Part shown: positions 18,583 to 27,601 of the stretch, one piece after another
How the letters are laid out: each line of letters begins with the position of its first letter
Position numbering within the stretch: position 1 is the stretch's first letter
DNA from: Bacilli bacterium
GTDB taxonomy: Bacteria > Bacillota_I > Bacilli_A > RF39 > UBA660
Direction: 5' to 3'
DNA length: 64,000 nucleotides
NCBI GenBank assembly: GCA_045649455.1
Contig: JAZRPV010000058.1
Location: 66,552-130,551 of the forward strand
Position numbers and translations under genes: made by a program
The notes under the pieces: model-generated
Seen by the model: only the letters and a program-made list of their open reading frames with translations
What the model was told of the DNA's origin: nothing
Database searches by the model: none

Positions 18583-19095
18583 TTATTTTAGTTTTCTGCT
18601 GTGTAAGCACCAGAAATAAAATAAGTTACAATTAAATCTAATTGGAGGTTTTAAATATGAATAAAATTCCATGTTAGATTTATCATATTCTCCTTTAGTG
18701 AAATCTTCAAAATTATTTCTAAAGAAATCTAAAATTTCACTTAATGAGTTATATTCATGAATACCTTTTTGATTTTGCCATGAGGCTTCAAACCAATACC
18801 ATTTATTATTATAATTAAATACTGAGAATGTATGACATGGTAATTTTCTATGTTTTTTTAGTACAGCAAAAATTGTTTTATGTTTAATTTTTCTTTTCTT
18901 AAAATATTTTCTTTGTAATTCACACATTTCCCAACAAATAGCATGATTTGTTTTTTCAATATTCTTTATAGATTGCATTTTATAATCTTTTGAGAAGTTT
19001 CCTTCTGTTAGTTTTTCATGCAGTTGACCATTCTTTGTATGCCATCCATATTTTATATCTTTTATATCATTATAAAACTTTTTTATATTTATCAT
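18583..19095 (-). CDS. Transglutaminase-like / papain-fold Cys-His protein
   Basis: 170 aa. HAICWEMCELQRKYF...CHTFSVFNYNNKWYWFEASW fits the Cys...His...acidic transglutaminase-core pattern. 4-nt overlap with the upstream gene. Confidence 0.4.
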   Translation of the reverse strand: MINIKKFYNDIKDIKYGWHTKNGQLHEKLTEGNFSKDYKMQSIKNIEKTNHAICWEMCELQRKYFKKRKIKHKTIFAVLKKHRKLPCHTFSVFNYNNKWYWFEASWQNQKGIHEYNSLSEILDFFRNNFEDFTKGEYDKSNMEFYSYLKPPIRFNCNLFYFWCLHSRKLK

Positions 19096-19352
19096 TTTAC
19101 TAAAGATTCTTCCTTTATCTTTATTAATGCTTGTGCTAGTTGGTCACCACATGATGTCTTTTTAAAATTACATGTTATTCCTTGTAATTTATTTATCACA
19201 GTATCAATATCTTGTCCTTCAACCAATGAAGATACTGCTTTTAAATTCCCATTACATCCACCTGTGTATTTAACATTATAGATTTTATTATCTTCAATAT
19301 CAAAATCAATTAGTGTTGAACATACACCTGATGTTTTATATGTATGATGCAT
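19092..19352 (-). CDS. TSCPD-domain protein (TIGR03905-like)
   Basis: 86 aa. GVCS...GGCNGN...GITC...TSCGDQLA four-Cys pattern. Confidence 0.7.
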   Translation of the reverse strand: MHHTYKTSGVCSTLIDFDIEDNKIYNVKYTGGCNGNLKAVSSLVEGQDIDTVINKLQGITCNFKKTSCGDQLAQALIKIKEESLVK

Positions 19353-20584
19353 TATTTACCTCCTTTTAATTTTTTTAATAATTTAATTAGGTAATACTCC
19401 TTTTTAAGTGGTAATTCAAATTCACCGATTAGTTCTTCTACATAACCATTAAATCCTTTTTTAAATTCATATATTCCATAGTCTTTTGGATGTTCATTTA
19501 TGTTTGCTGGAATACCATAGAAATTGTGTTTTTTGAAATTATTTTTTATTCCATATTTAATTAATTCCCATTGAATTAAATATTGAGAGTTAAATCTCAT
19601 ATATTCTTCATAGTTTCCACTTGATAAATAGATTATTTCAGGATCAATTAAGATAAACATTGAACCTGATAAAGTAATAATATCTTTTTTTGTTTTTTCT
19701 CTTATTTCTTCAGCGTCATCTATTCTTTTCTTTAAGCTTTCAATTTCACTAGTTATATTTTTTCTTTGACCATCATTGTACTTAGCATCTCCTAAGTTTG
19801 ATAGTTTTTCTTCTTTTTCCTTTATTTCATTATTTAATCTCTTTATATATTCTTTTAGATTAAGTTCTGTTACATAGTATTTAACTTCATTAGAATCATG
19901 GAATAAATTATACATATTTTGGAAGTATTCTACATTACGTACAGCGAAGTTTTTTCTTTCTCCTGTTTCTTCCATAATATTTTGGAATCTATCTAATTCA
20001 TCGTAAGATAGTTCTGTCATTGTTATTCCAAGTTTTTCTGCTTTACGAATAGTATTTCTAGTATTAGGTTTCATTTCTTTTAGAATTTGTTCTTCTGTTT
20101 TTCCTTCTAATCCTAAAGAGAACATCCACCCTACTTGTTCCATATTTTCTGTTTTAACTTTTTTAAATCCAAGTGATGTTAGGTGGTCTACTACATGAGT
20201 ATTATCTTCTCCACCTTCTACTATGTCACCGTTAATATCTCTTTGTTTGTAGATTACATAAGGATCAATTCTTAGGATATATCCATTTTTTGATTTTGCA
20301 AACTCTTTTACTTTTTCCACAAAGAATGTTAATAACTCTTTATTATTGTAATCTAGTAGAAATCCTCTTGGTGAATAAAATTCATTGACATTAAATTTTC
20401 TTTTATGGGATAAAAGTAATGCTGCTGCAACTACTTTTTTATTTTCCTTTACTCCTACAAAGTATGATTTCCAGTTTGACTTTTCTCTTAACTTGGCAAT
20501 CTTAGGAGCGGAAAGGAAAGTTTTTAGTGGATGATTTTCCCAAAATTTTTGATATTCTTTTTCTGTTAATTCTACAAAGTCCAT
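19352..20584 (-). CDS. FemAB-family aminoacyl-tRNA-dependent peptidoglycan aminoacyltransferase
   Basis: 410 aa. Two GNAT-like halves split by a coiled-coil insert (LKEYIKRLNNEIKEKEEKLSNL...), C-terminal YNFYGI and YEFKKGF motifs. Confidence 0.8.
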   Translation of the reverse strand: MDFVELTEKEYQKFWENHPLKTFLSAPKIAKLREKSNWKSYFVGVKENKKVVAAALLLSHKRKFNVNEFYSPRGFLLDYNNKELLTFFVEKVKEFAKSKNGYILRIDPYVIYKQRDINGDIVEGGEDNTHVVDHLTSLGFKKVKTENMEQVGWMFSLGLEGKTEEQILKEMKPNTRNTIRKAEKLGITMTELSYDELDRFQNIMEETGERKNFAVRNVEYFQNMYNLFHDSNEVKYYVTELNLKEYIKRLNNEIKEKEEKLSNLGDAKYNDGQRKNITSEIESLKKRIDDAEEIREKTKKDIITLSGSMFILIDPEIIYLSSGNYEEYMRFNSQYLIQWELIKYGIKNNFKKHNFYGIPANINEHPKDYGIYEFKKGFNGYVEELIGEFELPLKKEYYLIKLLKKLKGGK

Positions 20585-20585
20585 A

Positions 20586-21524
20586 TTAAATAATCTCCTC
20601 GTCCTCTAAGTCTACTTCCCTTTTTACTTCTTTTTTCTTTGGTTCTTCTTTCTTAACTTCAACTTTCTTAGTCTCAGTTTTCTTTGGTTCTATTTTTTTA
20701 GGTTCTTCTTTTTTTGATTCAACCTTTTTAGGTTCTGTTTTCTTTGGTTCTTCTTTTGTTGTTTTCTTTTTAGTTTTCTTTAGTTCTTCTTTCTTAGGTG
20801 TTTTCTTTACTTCTGGAACCATTTTAGCTAGTTTATCTAGTTTCTTCTTAGTACTTTTTACTGTTTCATCTATTACATCATCTAGATTATCTACTATTTT
20901 ATCTTTATCTAATATAGTAAATATTAATAAGAAAATCATAATCATTAAAAGTATTAATGTAGCGAATAATATAATGTTAAAATATTCTCTTTTATCTTGT
21001 GTTGTATCTAAATAACTATTTGTTAGATATTGTTCAAAGTTCTCAGATGTTATTTCTATTTTGTTTTCTTTTGGTAAGAAATTATCAATATTATTTAGAG
21101 CCATTTCTTTTAACTCTTCACTTATTATTGATGGATATCCATATACCTTTAATGGTTCTGGCTCTTCTGTTGTTCTTTCATATGAGAAATCTATTACATC
21201 TTTATATTTAGCATAGTTATCTTCATCTATAGCGATTAAATAGGTTCTCCATTCTCCTGTGTCATCCATTTCTATTACAAAGTGTATACCAATATTTTCT
21301 TCTTCATAATAAGCGAATTTTTCGGACATTCTTGATATTTCAATATATGAATATTGTTCTACTGATTCTACTTCTGACCATGGAACCATATTACTTTTTT
21401 GTTCAAATAACTTGTATGAGCATACGAATAGTATCATTATTACTATTAAATATACTGTACATGCTAAAAATTTAATTATTAATCTTTTTTCATCAACCTT
21501 TTTTTTCTTTTTTGTTTTTTTCAT
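20586..21524 (-). CDS. Two-TM membrane protein with a cytoplasmic Lys/Glu/Pro repeat tail
   Basis: 312 aa. MKKTKKKKK plus TM1, about 140-aa outside domain, TM2, then a (E/T)PKK(V/I/T)E-type repeat. Its stop is 1 nt from the femAB-like start. Confidence 0.6.
   Translation of the reverse strand: MKKTKKKKKVDEKRLIIKFLACTVYLIVIMILFVCSYKLFEQKSNMVPWSEVESVEQYSYIEISRMSEKFAYYEEENIGIHFVIEMDDTGEWRTYLIAIDEDNYAKYKDVIDFSYERTTEEPEPLKVYGYPSIISEELKEMALNNIDNFLPKENKIEITSENFEQYLTNSYLDTTQDKREYFNIILFATLILLMIMIFLLIFTILDKDKIVDNLDDVIDETVKSTKKKLDKLAKMVPEVKKTPKKEELKKTKKKTTKEEPKKTEPKKVESKKEEPKKIEPKKTETKKVEVKKEEPKKKEVKREVDLEDEEII
20613..20816 (-). repeat. In-frame imperfect tandem repeat encoding about 68 aa of KK-x-E-P-KK units
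   Basis: Protein: KEEPKKTEPKKVESKKEEPKKIEPKKTETKKVEVKKEEPKKKEV. DNA shows recurring CTTTGGTTCTTC / TTTAGGTTCT units on the plus strand. Confidence 0.7.
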
Positions 21525-21556
21525 ATTTATTTACCTCTACTATTTAATAATATCAT

Positions 21557-21586
21557 AAAAATAAAAATCTAGGAATATCCTAGACT
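21557..21586 (-). terminator. Rho-independent terminator
   Basis: 7-bp stem TCTAGGA/TCCTAGA (21568-21574 / 21578-21584), 3-nt loop, U-rich run on minus. Confidence 0.55.
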
Positions 21587-21596
21587 TAATATTTAT

Positions 21597-22397
21597 TTAT
21601 TCTGTTACTTTTTTCAATTTAAGTATGAATCTTTCTATCCATTTGTGTTCATCTCTATCTTTGATATATAAATATCCAAATACAGAAAATATTACGGCTC
21701 CTATGAAGTTTACGAATAAATCTTTCATAGTATCAATTATTCCAATATCAAGGTATCCATCAATTACAATTTGTTTTCCATTATTATATGTAATTTCAGT
21801 TTTATCTATATCATTCATGACAATCATTTCATTATTTTCATCTAGATATTTTGTTTGGAATACTTCAACTATACGATCTTTTTGCATATCTTGATTAAAA
21901 TAGTAGTCAGCCGTAAATTCAAAGAATTCCCACATTACTCCCACTGTCATTGAAAAACAAAATGATACTAATGCGACAAAGACAGGTGTCATCTTAATAT
22001 GAAATTTATCTGTTCTATTTAAAATATCAACTGTAGAGAAGCCTACGGCTGCACATAAGAAACCGTTTAATGTATGAAGCATAGTATCCCAATGTTCAAA
22101 TATTCCGTAGAAGTTTTGAATTTCTCCACAAATCTCTGCTGCGTATATAAATAAGTAAACAATTATTTCTAGTGTTTGTGGAAGTTCTATTTTAAATGTT
22201 CTTGAGAATAATCCAGGGAATGTAAATAATATAAGCGTTAGAACACATAAAAAGACGTTATTCCAGTTTCCATGTATTGCTTGTGCAACTGCTGATACTA
22301 TTACTAAAAATCTTAGTACAATGTAAACAATTATAGTAGTTCTTCTATTTTGAAGTTCTTTTTTTATTTCTTGTTTCTTCTGCTCTGATTTTTTCAT
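21597..22397 (-). CDS. Polytopic membrane protein (possibly YjdF/DUF2238-like); unknown function
   Basis: 266 aa with about 6 hydrophobic helices and a HWDTMLHTLNGF motif. 1-nt overlap with the upstream lipid kinase gene. Confidence 0.45.
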   Translation of the reverse strand: MKKSEQKKQEIKKELQNRRTTIIVYIVLRFLVIVSAVAQAIHGNWNNVFLCVLTLILFTFPGLFSRTFKIELPQTLEIIVYLFIYAAEICGEIQNFYGIFEHWDTMLHTLNGFLCAAVGFSTVDILNRTDKFHIKMTPVFVALVSFCFSMTVGVMWEFFEFTADYYFNQDMQKDRIVEVFQTKYLDENNEMIVMNDIDKTEITYNNGKQIVIDGYLDIGIIDTMKDLFVNFIGAVIFSVFGYLYIKDRDEHKWIERFILKLKKVTE

Positions 22398-23329
22398 TAC
22401 TCCATTTCTTCTCCTTCAAATAAATATACTAAATTATCTTTAGGTGTCATCATTTTCATACATTTCTCGACATCAAATTTAAACTTTGTTGTAGCGGTTT
22501 TATACTCTTCTCCATCAATACACCAAGATGTTTTTGGTGGATCTAAGAATTCTATTTCAAAATTATCTGTTGAATAATATGTAATTCCAGGTACATCTTT
22601 TATATCTCTTGTACTTATCATTACTAATAATTTTAATATTTCTTTTTTATTTTTTGCACTTGCCATGGCAACTTCAAATTTGTTGTCATCAAGTTTCATA
22701 TCATAATAAATGTCATTTACTCCAGCAACTCTTGAAGAATTTGTTATAAAGAAGAATGAATAGTTTCCTTCATGAGTTTCTCCGTCAACTGTATATTTAA
22801 CATCGTATGTGTGAATTCTATTTCGTAATTGTTTTAATCCATACATTACATATGCAATTTTTCCATATTTCTTTTTTAATTCTCTTGGAGTATTGTATGC
22901 CATATCTATATAATCTCCTAGACAGGCAACATATATAAATGGTGTATCATTAACTGAACATACATCTATTTTTTTAGGTTTTCCACTTAAAAGTAATTCT
23001 AAGTTTTTTATAAGGTTGTTTGTATATCCATACATATTAGCAACATCGTTAGTACTTCCCATTGGTAAATTGGCAATAACTAGTTTTTTATGACGTCTCA
23101 TATTTCCAGTTACTACTTCATTTAATGTTCCGTCTCCTCCTGCACTAATTACTAAATCTATATCATTTGGTAAATTTTCAATTATTTCAGAAGCATGATT
23201 CTTGCGTTCAGTAAATATAATTTCAGTTTCGTAACTATATTTTCTTAAAATGTCATAAAATTCTTTGTATCCATTAAGTTTCTTGGCTTTTCCACTTTCT
23301 GGGTTCATTATAATTACACTTTTTTTCAT
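22397..23329 (-). CDS. Diacylglycerol/lipid kinase family protein (DagK/YegS-like)
   Basis: IIMNPESGK and SAGGDGTLNEVV motifs. I prefer ATG at 23329 (GAGGG SD) over the upstream TTG at 23350. Confidence 0.8.
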   Translation of the reverse strand: MKKSVIIMNPESGKAKKLNGYKEFYDILRKYSYETEIIFTERKNHASEIIENLPNDIDLVISAGGDGTLNEVVTGNMRRHKKLVIANLPMGSTNDVANMYGYTNNLIKNLELLLSGKPKKIDVCSVNDTPFIYVACLGDYIDMAYNTPRELKKKYGKIAYVMYGLKQLRNRIHTYDVKYTVDGETHEGNYSFFFITNSSRVAGVNDIYYDMKLDDNKFEVAMASAKNKKEILKLLVMISTRDIKDVPGITYYSTDNFEIEFLDPPKTSWCIDGEEYKTATTKFKFDVEKCMKMMTPKDNLVYLFEGEEME

Positions 23330-23425
23330 GAATCCCTCAACTCCTAACAAGATTATTATATCATTATTTTTTATTTTTACTATATTTTTACATTATTTCA
23401 CATAATCATAAAAAAAGAATTATGA

Positions 23426-23806
23426 TTATTCATCATAATTCCATAGTCCTAGTTTTCCTTTTATGTATATTGGCTTGTCATATTTCTTTATATTTTCTAA
23501 TTTCCAAGCATATGTTTCTACATGATTACTTCTTCCATATACTATTGGATCTATATCTCGTAATTCTTTATTAAACTTTTCATCTACTAAGATACAATCT
23601 ACAAGTTCTGCTTCTCCGATAATTGCACCTAATTCATAATTACAGTTATATGATTCAAATCTTTTTACCATATCTTTTTCTAGGGACATACCTGCATGAA
23701 TTAGAAATTTACCGCGATATTTTGTTTTCCAACTTCTAAATTCATATTTTTTATATCCATCCACTATTAGAGATGCCCATGGTTGTTTTATTGTTAGTAC
23801 TTTCAT
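23426..23806 (-). CDS. ASCH-domain protein
   Basis: 126 aa. The N-terminal KVLTIKQPWASLIVDGYKKYEFRSW is the typical ASCH beta-barrel signature. Confidence 0.7.
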   Translation of the reverse strand: MKVLTIKQPWASLIVDGYKKYEFRSWKTKYRGKFLIHAGMSLEKDMVKRFESYNCNYELGAIIGEAELVDCILVDEKFNKELRDIDPIVYGRSNHVETYAWKLENIKKYDKPIYIKGKLGLWNYDE

Positions 23807-23830
23807 TTAAATCACCTATATTTATTATAT

Positions 23831-23855
23831 CAAAAAAGATGATATTAATCATCTT
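23831..23855 (-). terminator. Rho-independent terminator ending the glycopolymer locus
   Basis: Perfect 8-bp stem AAGATGAT/ATCATCTT (23836-23843 / 23848-23855), 4-nt loop, U6 on minus. Confidence 0.65.
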
Positions 23856-23868
23856 CTTATATTTTGTA

Positions 23869-25911
23869 TCATTTTATATTTAGATACGCATCAATTTTTG
23901 CAAATTGTTCTTTAGCATTAAATACTTTATTTATTTTGTAGTAATTTAATTTGCTTTTCTCATTCTTTATATGTTTTATATTTACAACTTTTATACTTTC
24001 ATCATATTGTTTTAAATAATTATCAGTTTTTTTACTATATGAAATAGGAATAAATTCTTGTCCATTTGCAATAGCCAATACAATTGAATGAAATCTAGAA
24101 CCAATTACATATTTATTTTTTCTCCATTCTTTCATAAATCTATCTATATCTGTTTTATATTTAACAACTCTTAGTTTCTTTCTTGTTTCATCAGGCAATT
24201 TGTCCATTAATTCTTTTATTGCTTTTTCATCACCTTCGGCTTTACAAAAGGAAAATAAAGTTATTTTATAGTTCTTTGATTGAAGTTTTTTTATTACATT
24301 TATAATATATTTATAATAATGTTTTTTTTCGGCCGCTAAATCTTTTCTACCGTCCAAGTCAATTAGTGAGATTGCTACATTCTTATTATTTTCTACCATA
24401 TTAGTATCAATTAATACAATATCATCGCTATGCCTTGAATTTGGCAAATGTTTAAATTTATTATATGATTCCTTGTCTCTAAAGCACACGTCATCAAATT
24501 CTTTAAACCAGTTATAAAAGTATTGTTCATACTTTTTATCCCCTGGTCCAAAATTACATCCGATAATAAATGATGGTTTGTTACCTAGGTGTTTTTTTAT
24601 TGTAAATCTGTCATCATTTTGCCAATTTTTATTTTGTATGAAGATTGATCCACCTATGTTAATAAAGAAGTCTACTTTTTCAGCACGTTCACATATCATT
24701 GGAAACAAATTTATTTCTTCTGGTTTATAATATTTTCGCAAATTTTTGTAATATTTTTCTTTGTTATAAAAAATTACATTTTTAAACTTACTATATTTTT
24801 TTCTATATATATTTAATAATTTTGCTGGTGGGTAAAAATAGAAATCTACATTAGGATATCTTTTAAATAAAATATTAAAAAATAAATCATCACCTAAATT
24901 ATTAAAAATATAACCATTAACTAAACATGATTTTTTTTCGGTTTTTCTTTTTTTTTTAATTTTTTCTTTTATTGTTTCTTTATATATTCTTTTAAACTCT
25001 TTTATTTTTTGTTTATTATTAACATTTTTATCATACCATTTTAATATTTTATAAAAATTTATGATATTTGGTTTTGAACCTCTTATAAAATATGAAATAG
25101 TAATATCTAGTTGTTCTTCCAACCATTTTTCTTTTTCTTCTTGTGAAAAATTTAATTTTTTTGAATTTTCGATTTTTCTATATATTCTGATCTTCTCATC
25201 TAAATTATCTATAATAAAAGATGTTTTACAATTAAATGAAATATTATTTCCATGTACTAAATACTCAGCTATGTCCTTATTTATAAATCCCATCGGTCCA
25301 TATAAAAGTGCACGTAAGAAGATTGTTGTATCATTTAGTATTTTCATTTCATGATAATTTGTTTTTTCTAAAGCTTCCTTCTTAATAATTGCTACACTAA
25401 TTATTGGTTTTGGATATTTTTCATTGCCAAAGTTTAATATAAATTCTCGATTATTTACTATTTGCTTATACGGATATTTTCTTTTTGTAATTGTGTTAGT
25501 AGTGATATCATTAATTAAATCACCACCGCAAACCATCGATAATTTTTTTTCTTTATTAAATAGATTAATAGCCATTTCAAAATATTTATTATTAATAAAT
25601 TTGTCATCATCATCTAAAAATATTACATATTTTCCTGTTGCGTATTTATCTAATGCATACTTTCTACTTAGACCGCAGCCCTTATTTTTTTCGTTTCTAT
25701 GATAGATTATTTTTTTTGATTTTATGTTTTCAACAACTGCTTTGGTATTATCTTGAGAACAATCATCAATTACTATAATTTCATAGTTATTATATGTTTG
25801 ACTTAAGACACTTTCAATCGCAACTTTTAAATAATTTTCTCTATTGTATGTAGAAATTATAACTGATATTTTTTCATTTTTACCTTTATTCACCCGTACC
25901 ACCTCAATCAT
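23869..25911 (-). CDS. Fusion: GT2 glycosyltransferase (N-terminal) + polysaccharide pyruvyl transferase (C-terminal)
   Basis: N-terminal VIISTYNRENYL...IIVIDDCSQDNT...FLDDDD. C-terminal LGDDLFFNILFKRYP, NIGGSIF, GSRFHSIVLAIANGQEFIPISY (CsaB/PF04230-like). The start may be GTG at 25893 (GAGGTGG SD) rather than ATG at 25911. Confidence 0.75.
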   Translation of the reverse strand: MIEVVRVNKGKNEKISVIISTYNRENYLKVAIESVLSQTYNNYEIIVIDDCSQDNTKAVVENIKSKKIIYHRNEKNKGCGLSRKYALDKYATGKYVIFLDDDDKFINNKYFEMAINLFNKEKKLSMVCGGDLINDITTNTITKRKYPYKQIVNNREFILNFGNEKYPKPIISVAIIKKEALEKTNYHEMKILNDTTIFLRALLYGPMGFINKDIAEYLVHGNNISFNCKTSFIIDNLDEKIRIYRKIENSKKLNFSQEEKEKWLEEQLDITISYFIRGSKPNIINFYKILKWYDKNVNNKQKIKEFKRIYKETIKEKIKKKRKTEKKSCLVNGYIFNNLGDDLFFNILFKRYPNVDFYFYPPAKLLNIYRKKYSKFKNVIFYNKEKYYKNLRKYYKPEEINLFPMICERAEKVDFFINIGGSIFIQNKNWQNDDRFTIKKHLGNKPSFIIGCNFGPGDKKYEQYFYNWFKEFDDVCFRDKESYNKFKHLPNSRHSDDIVLIDTNMVENNKNVAISLIDLDGRKDLAAEKKHYYKYIINVIKKLQSKNYKITLFSFCKAEGDEKAIKELMDKLPDETRKKLRVVKYKTDIDRFMKEWRKNKYVIGSRFHSIVLAIANGQEFIPISYSKKTDNYLKQYDESIKVVNIKHIKNEKSKLNYYKINKVFNAKEQFAKIDAYLNIK

Positions 25912-25978
25912 TATATTTTTATTATAACAAAGAATAATTTATGTTGTAAATAATAGGCATTAATAGTATTATTTTTCA

Positions 25979-26005
25979 ACAAAAAAAGAACTTATTAAAG
26001 TTCTT
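25979..26005 (-). terminator. Rho-independent terminator after tagG
   Basis: Perfect 8-bp stem AAGAACTT/AAGTTCTT (25986-25993 / 25998-26005) spanning the stop, with a U-run on minus. Confidence 0.6.
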
Positions 26006-26768
26006 CTACAAAGCTTTTTTCTAACTTTTTGAAAATCATGTATCCTATAACTAGTACTGCTAAACTTCCAAGTCCCCATATTGTCAACATAACCATATCT
26101 GGTAGTTGATGATAATAAAGAATCGAACGATATGCTTCTACTAGTTGAGCCATAGGATTGATTTTTAAGAAAATTTGAAATTTTTCTGGTAACATATTTG
26201 CTTGATATACAATTGGAGTAGCATAAAAACCTAACATGATTATTACGCTTACAAAATGTGATACATCTTGAGCAAAAACTGTTAACGCTGATAATATAAA
26301 TGTAATTCCAAGTGTAAGAATATATTGAATTAATACTAGTAGTGGAAATAATAGTATATGTATTGAAAACCCTACTCCACTAAATAATATAAATACAACC
26401 ATTATTAAACATGTTATTAAAAAATTAACTAATTGACTTGTTGTTGTTGAAATAGGAATGATTTCTCTTGGAAAATATACTTTCTTTAATATATTACCAT
26501 TTGCAACTACACTTCCTGTTCCTGTTTGAACTGCTGTTGTAAAGAAGTTCCATGGGATTAAGGCAACAATCATAAAGATTGTATAATTATCAACTTTTAC
26601 TCTTAAAATATAAGGAAAAACTAATGCATATACAGCTAACATTAATAAAGGATTTAGGAAGGTCCATAAAATTCCTAACCAAGAACCTTTATACTTTCCT
26701 CTTATTTCTTTTTTTATATTTGTTTTTAATAGTTCTCTATAATTATATAATTCTGTAAATACTTTCAT
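25995..26768 (-). CDS. tagG: ABC-2 type polysaccharide/teichoic-acid export permease
   Basis: 257 aa, 6 TM helices. The N-terminal YRELLKTNIKKEIRGKYKGSWLGILW is the typical TagG/Wzm signature. Confidence 0.85.
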   Translation of the reverse strand: MKVFTELYNYRELLKTNIKKEIRGKYKGSWLGILWTFLNPLLMLAVYALVFPYILRVKVDNYTIFMIVALIPWNFFTTAVQTGTGSVVANGNILKKVYFPREIIPISTTTSQLVNFLITCLIMVVFILFSGVGFSIHILLFPLLVLIQYILTLGITFILSALTVFAQDVSHFVSVIIMLGFYATPIVYQANMLPEKFQIFLKINPMAQLVEAYRSILYYHQLPDMVMLTIWGLGSLAVLVIGYMIFKKLEKSFVEEL

Positions 26769-26772
26769 TTAA

Positions 26773-27516
26773 TCACCCACAAATCTCCAAGTATTTTTCA
26801 AGAACTTTATCAACTTCTCCGTCCATTTTTATTTCACCTTTATATAACCATACTGCTCTGTTGCAGAATTGTTTAACTTGATCCATATTATGTGTAACGA
26901 TTACGATAGTTTTTCCAGAATTTTTAAGCTCTCTTAATTTATTAAAACATTTTTCTTGGAAATGTTTATCACCTACTGCAAGAATTTCATCAATAAGTAG
27001 GATTTCTGCTTGTACATTTATTGCTACTGAAAAAGCAAGTCTCATATACATTCCCGAAGAATACGTTCTTACAGGATTATCAATAAAATCTTTTAACTCA
27101 GAAAATTCAATTATTTCATCTACTTTGGCATCTATTTCTTTTCTTGTTAGTCCAAAAATTGATGCATTGAAATATATATTTTCTCTTCCAGTAAAATCAT
27201 CATGGAATCCTGCACCTAATTCTAATAGTGATGTCAGTTTTCCATTTGTAATAATTTTACCTTTGTTAGGATAAATTATTTTTGTCATTAGTTTTAATAG
27301 TGTTGATTTTCCAGAACCGTTTGTACCTATTAAAGCTACACTTTCACCTTTTTTTATTTCTAAATTTAAATTTTTCAATACATGATGAATTGAATCTTTA
27401 CTTCTATTTTTCTTTGAGAAGAATAAGATTTTTTCTTTTAATGTATTTGCTTTATCATAATATAGTTTAAAATCTTTTGATACATTTTTAACTAATATCG
27501 CTGTGTCTTTTTCCAC
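26773..27516 (-). CDS. tagH: Polysaccharide/teichoic-acid export ATP-binding protein (short form, no C-terminal wall-binding domain)
   Basis: 247 aa. Walker A GTNGSGKST, signature YSSGM, Walker B LLIDE. Confidence 0.85.
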   Translation of the reverse strand: MEKDTAILVKNVSKDFKLYYDKANTLKEKILFFSKKNRSKDSIHHVLKNLNLEIKKGESVALIGTNGSGKSTLLKLMTKIIYPNKGKIITNGKLTSLLELGAGFHDDFTGRENIYFNASIFGLTRKEIDAKVDEIIEFSELKDFIDNPVRTYSSGMYMRLAFSVAINVQAEILLIDEILAVGDKHFQEKCFNKLRELKNSGKTIVIVTHNMDQVKQFCNRAVWLYKGEIKMDGEVDKVLEKYLEICG

Positions 27517-27601
27517 TTCTATTCCTCATTTCAAAAATTATATATTTATAATATATGTCTTTGTATATTATAATAAAATTCGACATTTTTTACAATATTT
27601 A

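Noticed and set aside
20613-20816. Short-period DNA repeats that could be mistaken for a CRISPR-like or minisatellite array
   Set aside because: The repeats are in frame inside a 312-aa ORF and encode a KEP low-complexity tail. There are no unique spacers and no cas genes.
23396-23432. 9-bp inverted repeat ATAATCATA/TATGATTAT around the ASCH stop codon as a terminator
   Set aside because: On the transcribed strand the U-run falls inside the loop rather than after the stem, and the stem is all A:U apart from one G:C pair. It is not convincing as an intrinsic terminator.
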